Shown: one piece after another, positions 61,901 to 64,000 of the stretch | How positions within the stretch are numbered: the stretch's first letter is position 1 | Layout: each line of letters opens with the position of its first letter | NCBI GenBank assembly: GCA_965226055.1 | Contig: CBDDCA010000006.1 | Location: 128,001 to 192,000, forward strand | Direction of reading: 5' to 3' | Length of the DNA stretch: 64,000 bases | Source: Spirochaetia bacterium | GTDB taxonomy: Bacteria > Spirochaetota > Spirochaetia > WTKD01 > G963693115 | Position numbers and translations under genes: made by a program | The notes under the pieces: model-generated | Database searches by the model: none | Told to the model about the DNA's origin: nothing | What the model saw: only the letters and a program-made list of their open reading frames with translations

Positions 61901-62374
61901 CTATTTTTTTTGTTCTGTTGTATTACTGGTAAGCATCTTATTATCATTTTTAAAATAAATAGGAAACAAAAGACTACAGAGTAATACTGTATAAACAATA
62001 AGTGTATATGTTATAACTCTTAGGAGTTGTGTATGCGGTATTATATAGTATAATAGGATATGTATTATTACAGACAGAGATATTATACTTAGAGCTATTA
62101 GTTTGATAATACCGATTCTTATTAGTGTTTTTCTAAAAAAAGGTTTGTTGTTTGTTACACTTGTTACTATTGTTGTAAATATATGTTGTAGTAGTTTATA
62201 CACAAAAGGGAGTGTAATTATCAGTATAGTTATTATTCCTGTGGGAATAACATAGCTAACTAAAAAATCTGATAAGGGTATTGAGTTATATATCATATGA
62301 TTTATCCCTATCATAGGGATAAGCAATATAGCGAGTACCACTAATATTGTAGTATATATAGTTGATTTTTTCAT
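61901..62374 (-). CDS. Hypothetical 4-TM membrane protein
   Basis: GAGGAG RBS, four hydrophobic segments. Confidence 0.65.
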   Translation of the reverse strand: MKKSTIYTTILVVLAILLIPMIGINHMIYNSIPLSDFLVSYVIPTGIITILIITLPFVYKLLQHIFTTIVTSVTNNKPFFRKTLIRIGIIKLIALSIISLSVIIHILLYYIIPHTQLLRVITYTLIVYTVLLCSLLFPIYFKNDNKMLTSNTTEQKK

Positions 62375-62499
62375 AAAAAACTCCTCTATGATTATTTGTT
62401 TATATCAATTATCGTTTATTGCTGCCTTTAGTATAGTATATTGGTATACTATTATTGTAGATTCAAGCATTGCATGTGATACACACATTGTACTATATG

Positions 62500-63684
62500 T
62501 CAAATAGTACATTTATCTAAAGCACATAGTATATCAGTATTTATATGTAACTGTACTATCTCTCCTTCTTGAGGCCATTGTTTGCCTATGTCTTGTAATG
62601 TAATAATTTTTAAGCCCCTAAACATAGGATGTTGACTTTCTACTATGACTTTATAATGATTTCCCATAAAATACTTTTTTTCAACAAGCCAATTTTCTCC
62701 TTGAAATCGAGCAGATATATTGGAACGTATGTCTACCATATGGGGACGTACACATACAAAAAACTCTTTCGTTGTCTTAAAATCTTGATAGTTTAATACT
62801 TTCTCTTCAGGAATAAAACCACATGGAGAGCATAGTTGACCACAAATGCTTTGTTGTATAGGCAGAAAATTGACATCATCAAAATATCGTGCTATTGCAT
62901 GCGTTTTTGGACTATTGTATAGCTGAGAAGGACTTCCTTCTTGTATAATTTTTCCTTCACTGAGTAACATAATTTTATCAGCTAAATACATTGCTTCTGT
63001 CGATTCATGGGTTACCATAATCACTGTAGTATTTGAGGCTTTAATCTCTTGTAATTCTTCAATCAAAGCAAAAGAGGTAGCACTATCAATACTGCTAAAG
63101 GGCTCATCAAGCAACAAGAGGCGCGGATCTATTACTAATGCACGAGCAAGTGCAACTCGTTGAATTTGTCCTATTGATAGCTGATCAGGATACCGTTTTG
63201 CGTACCCTGCAAGCTTTATCTTATATAAAATATTCACTGTTTTTTCATATCGTTCATCTTTTGGCAAATGAGAAATACCGTACTGTATGTTCTGTTCGAC
63301 AGTAAGCTGTGGAAACAACGCATGATCTTGAAATAAAAATCCAACACTACGTTTTTCAGGAGGGACACATACAGTAGGTGATGAATATATTTTCTTATAC
63401 ATACTGATAGTTCCTTGAGAGGGCTGCTCAAAACCTGCAAGTAAGCGTAGTATAGTACTTTTTCCTCCTCCACTTGCTCCTCCTAAGACTGCGTATTCCC
63501 CTTCTTTCAACAAAAAAGAAAGGTTTTTTAGTACTTGTGGGAAAGCCTCTTTCTGTGCTTGTGTGCCTTGGGTTCTATTACGAGAAAAAAAATGCTGTAT
63601 CTTAGAAATACTGTTATGGGAAGCATATGAAAATGAGAGATTAGTAACATTAAGAAATTCTTTTTTTATATTGCTCATATACAC
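62500..63684 (-). CDS. Fe3+-type ABC transporter ATPase (FbpC-like)
   Basis: GASGGGKST, PPEKRSVGFLFQDHALFP, LSIGQIQRVALARAL, LLLDEPF. Confidence 0.88.
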   Translation of the reverse strand: MYMSNIKKEFLNVTNLSFSYASHNSISKIQHFFSRNRTQGTQAQKEAFPQVLKNLSFLLKEGEYAVLGGASGGGKSTILRLLAGFEQPSQGTISMYKKIYSSPTVCVPPEKRSVGFLFQDHALFPQLTVEQNIQYGISHLPKDERYEKTVNILYKIKLAGYAKRYPDQLSIGQIQRVALARALVIDPRLLLLDEPFSSIDSATSFALIEELQEIKASNTTVIMVTHESTEAMYLADKIMLLSEGKIIQEGSPSQLYNSPKTHAIARYFDDVNFLPIQQSICGQLCSPCGFIPEEKVLNYQDFKTTKEFFVCVRPHMVDIRSNISARFQGENWLVEKKYFMGNHYKVIVESQHPMFRGLKIITLQDIGKQWPQEGEIVQLHINTDILCALDKCTI

Positions 63685-63688
63685 TTTA

Positions 63689-64000
63689 TCATACCCTTCT
63701 TTGTTTCATAAGTCCACCATATACGGGCAAACTTACTATAATACCAAGCCCAACTAATACTAAGGCTACCACACTTGCCTCAGCGAGCTGTTCATTGTTC
63801 ACTAAATTGTACACTTTTATCGCAAGAGTTTCAAAATTATAAGGCCGCAGTATATTCGCTATGGGAATATCCTTTATCATTTCAATAATAGTCAGCATAG
63901 TAGCAGTAAAAATAAATCCTTTGTTTATAGGAAGACATATCTTCCATAATGTCTTAATAGGCGATATTCCCATAGATCGTGATGCTTCTTCATATCGAAC
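63689..64000 (-). CDS. Fe3+ ABC transporter permease (FbpB-like), 3' part
   Basis: EEASRSMG EAA loop, IEMIKDIPIANILRPYNFETLAIKVY. Confidence 0.85.
   Translation of the reverse strand, partial: VRYEEASRSMGISPIKTLWKICLPINKGFIFTATMLTIIEMIKDIPIANILRPYNFETLAIKVYNLVNNEQLAEASVVALVLVGLGIIVSLPVYGGLMKQRRV

Noticed and set aside
1-64000. tRNA, rRNA or riboswitch genes
   Set aside because: No cloverleaf/T-loop signatures or extended GC-rich structured tracts recognised in the intergenic regions; an Rfam/tRNAscan run would be needed to exclude them formally

Overview
AT-rich bacterial chromosome segment, most likely from a spirochaete. This rests on the cdaA-cdaR-acpS-DUF2225-truA-UDG-priA gene order seen in Borrelia, a Borrelia-type bS22 peptide, a Bdr-like repeat protein and a FemABX protein. 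Standard genetic code. The housekeeping backbone (dcd, mgtE, murB, topA, MATE, rsmG, raiA, dusA, mnmA, priA, truA, recO, fabZ, acyl-CoA ligase, ynjBCD-like and Fe3+ ABC genes) is interrupted by accessory DNA. (1) Three dispersed ~4.7 kb paralogous FN3-stalk/DUF285(BspA-like)-tip lipoprotein genes are mosaics of each other, and each carries a long homopolymer: a G14 in the leader that puts copy 1 out of frame, and T20/T19 tracts upstream of the promoters of copies 2 and 3. (2) A non-autonomous IS1595 derivative with an exact 8-bp target duplication carries a frameshifted DNA methyltransferase and sits at the dusA start codon. (3) A TIR(ThsB-like) + 3-TM effector pair lies next to a Bdr-like gene. 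(4) An operon SBP-DAACS-SBP-DAACS-Cache adenylate cyclase-Asp/Glu racemase has no ABC permease or ATPase, and both DAACS proteins have lost the canonical Na+-binding motif; it is a candidate binding-protein-dependent DAACS transport/sensing system. No tRNA, rRNA or CRISPR array was seen. All calls come from motif recognition by eye; no database searches were run.
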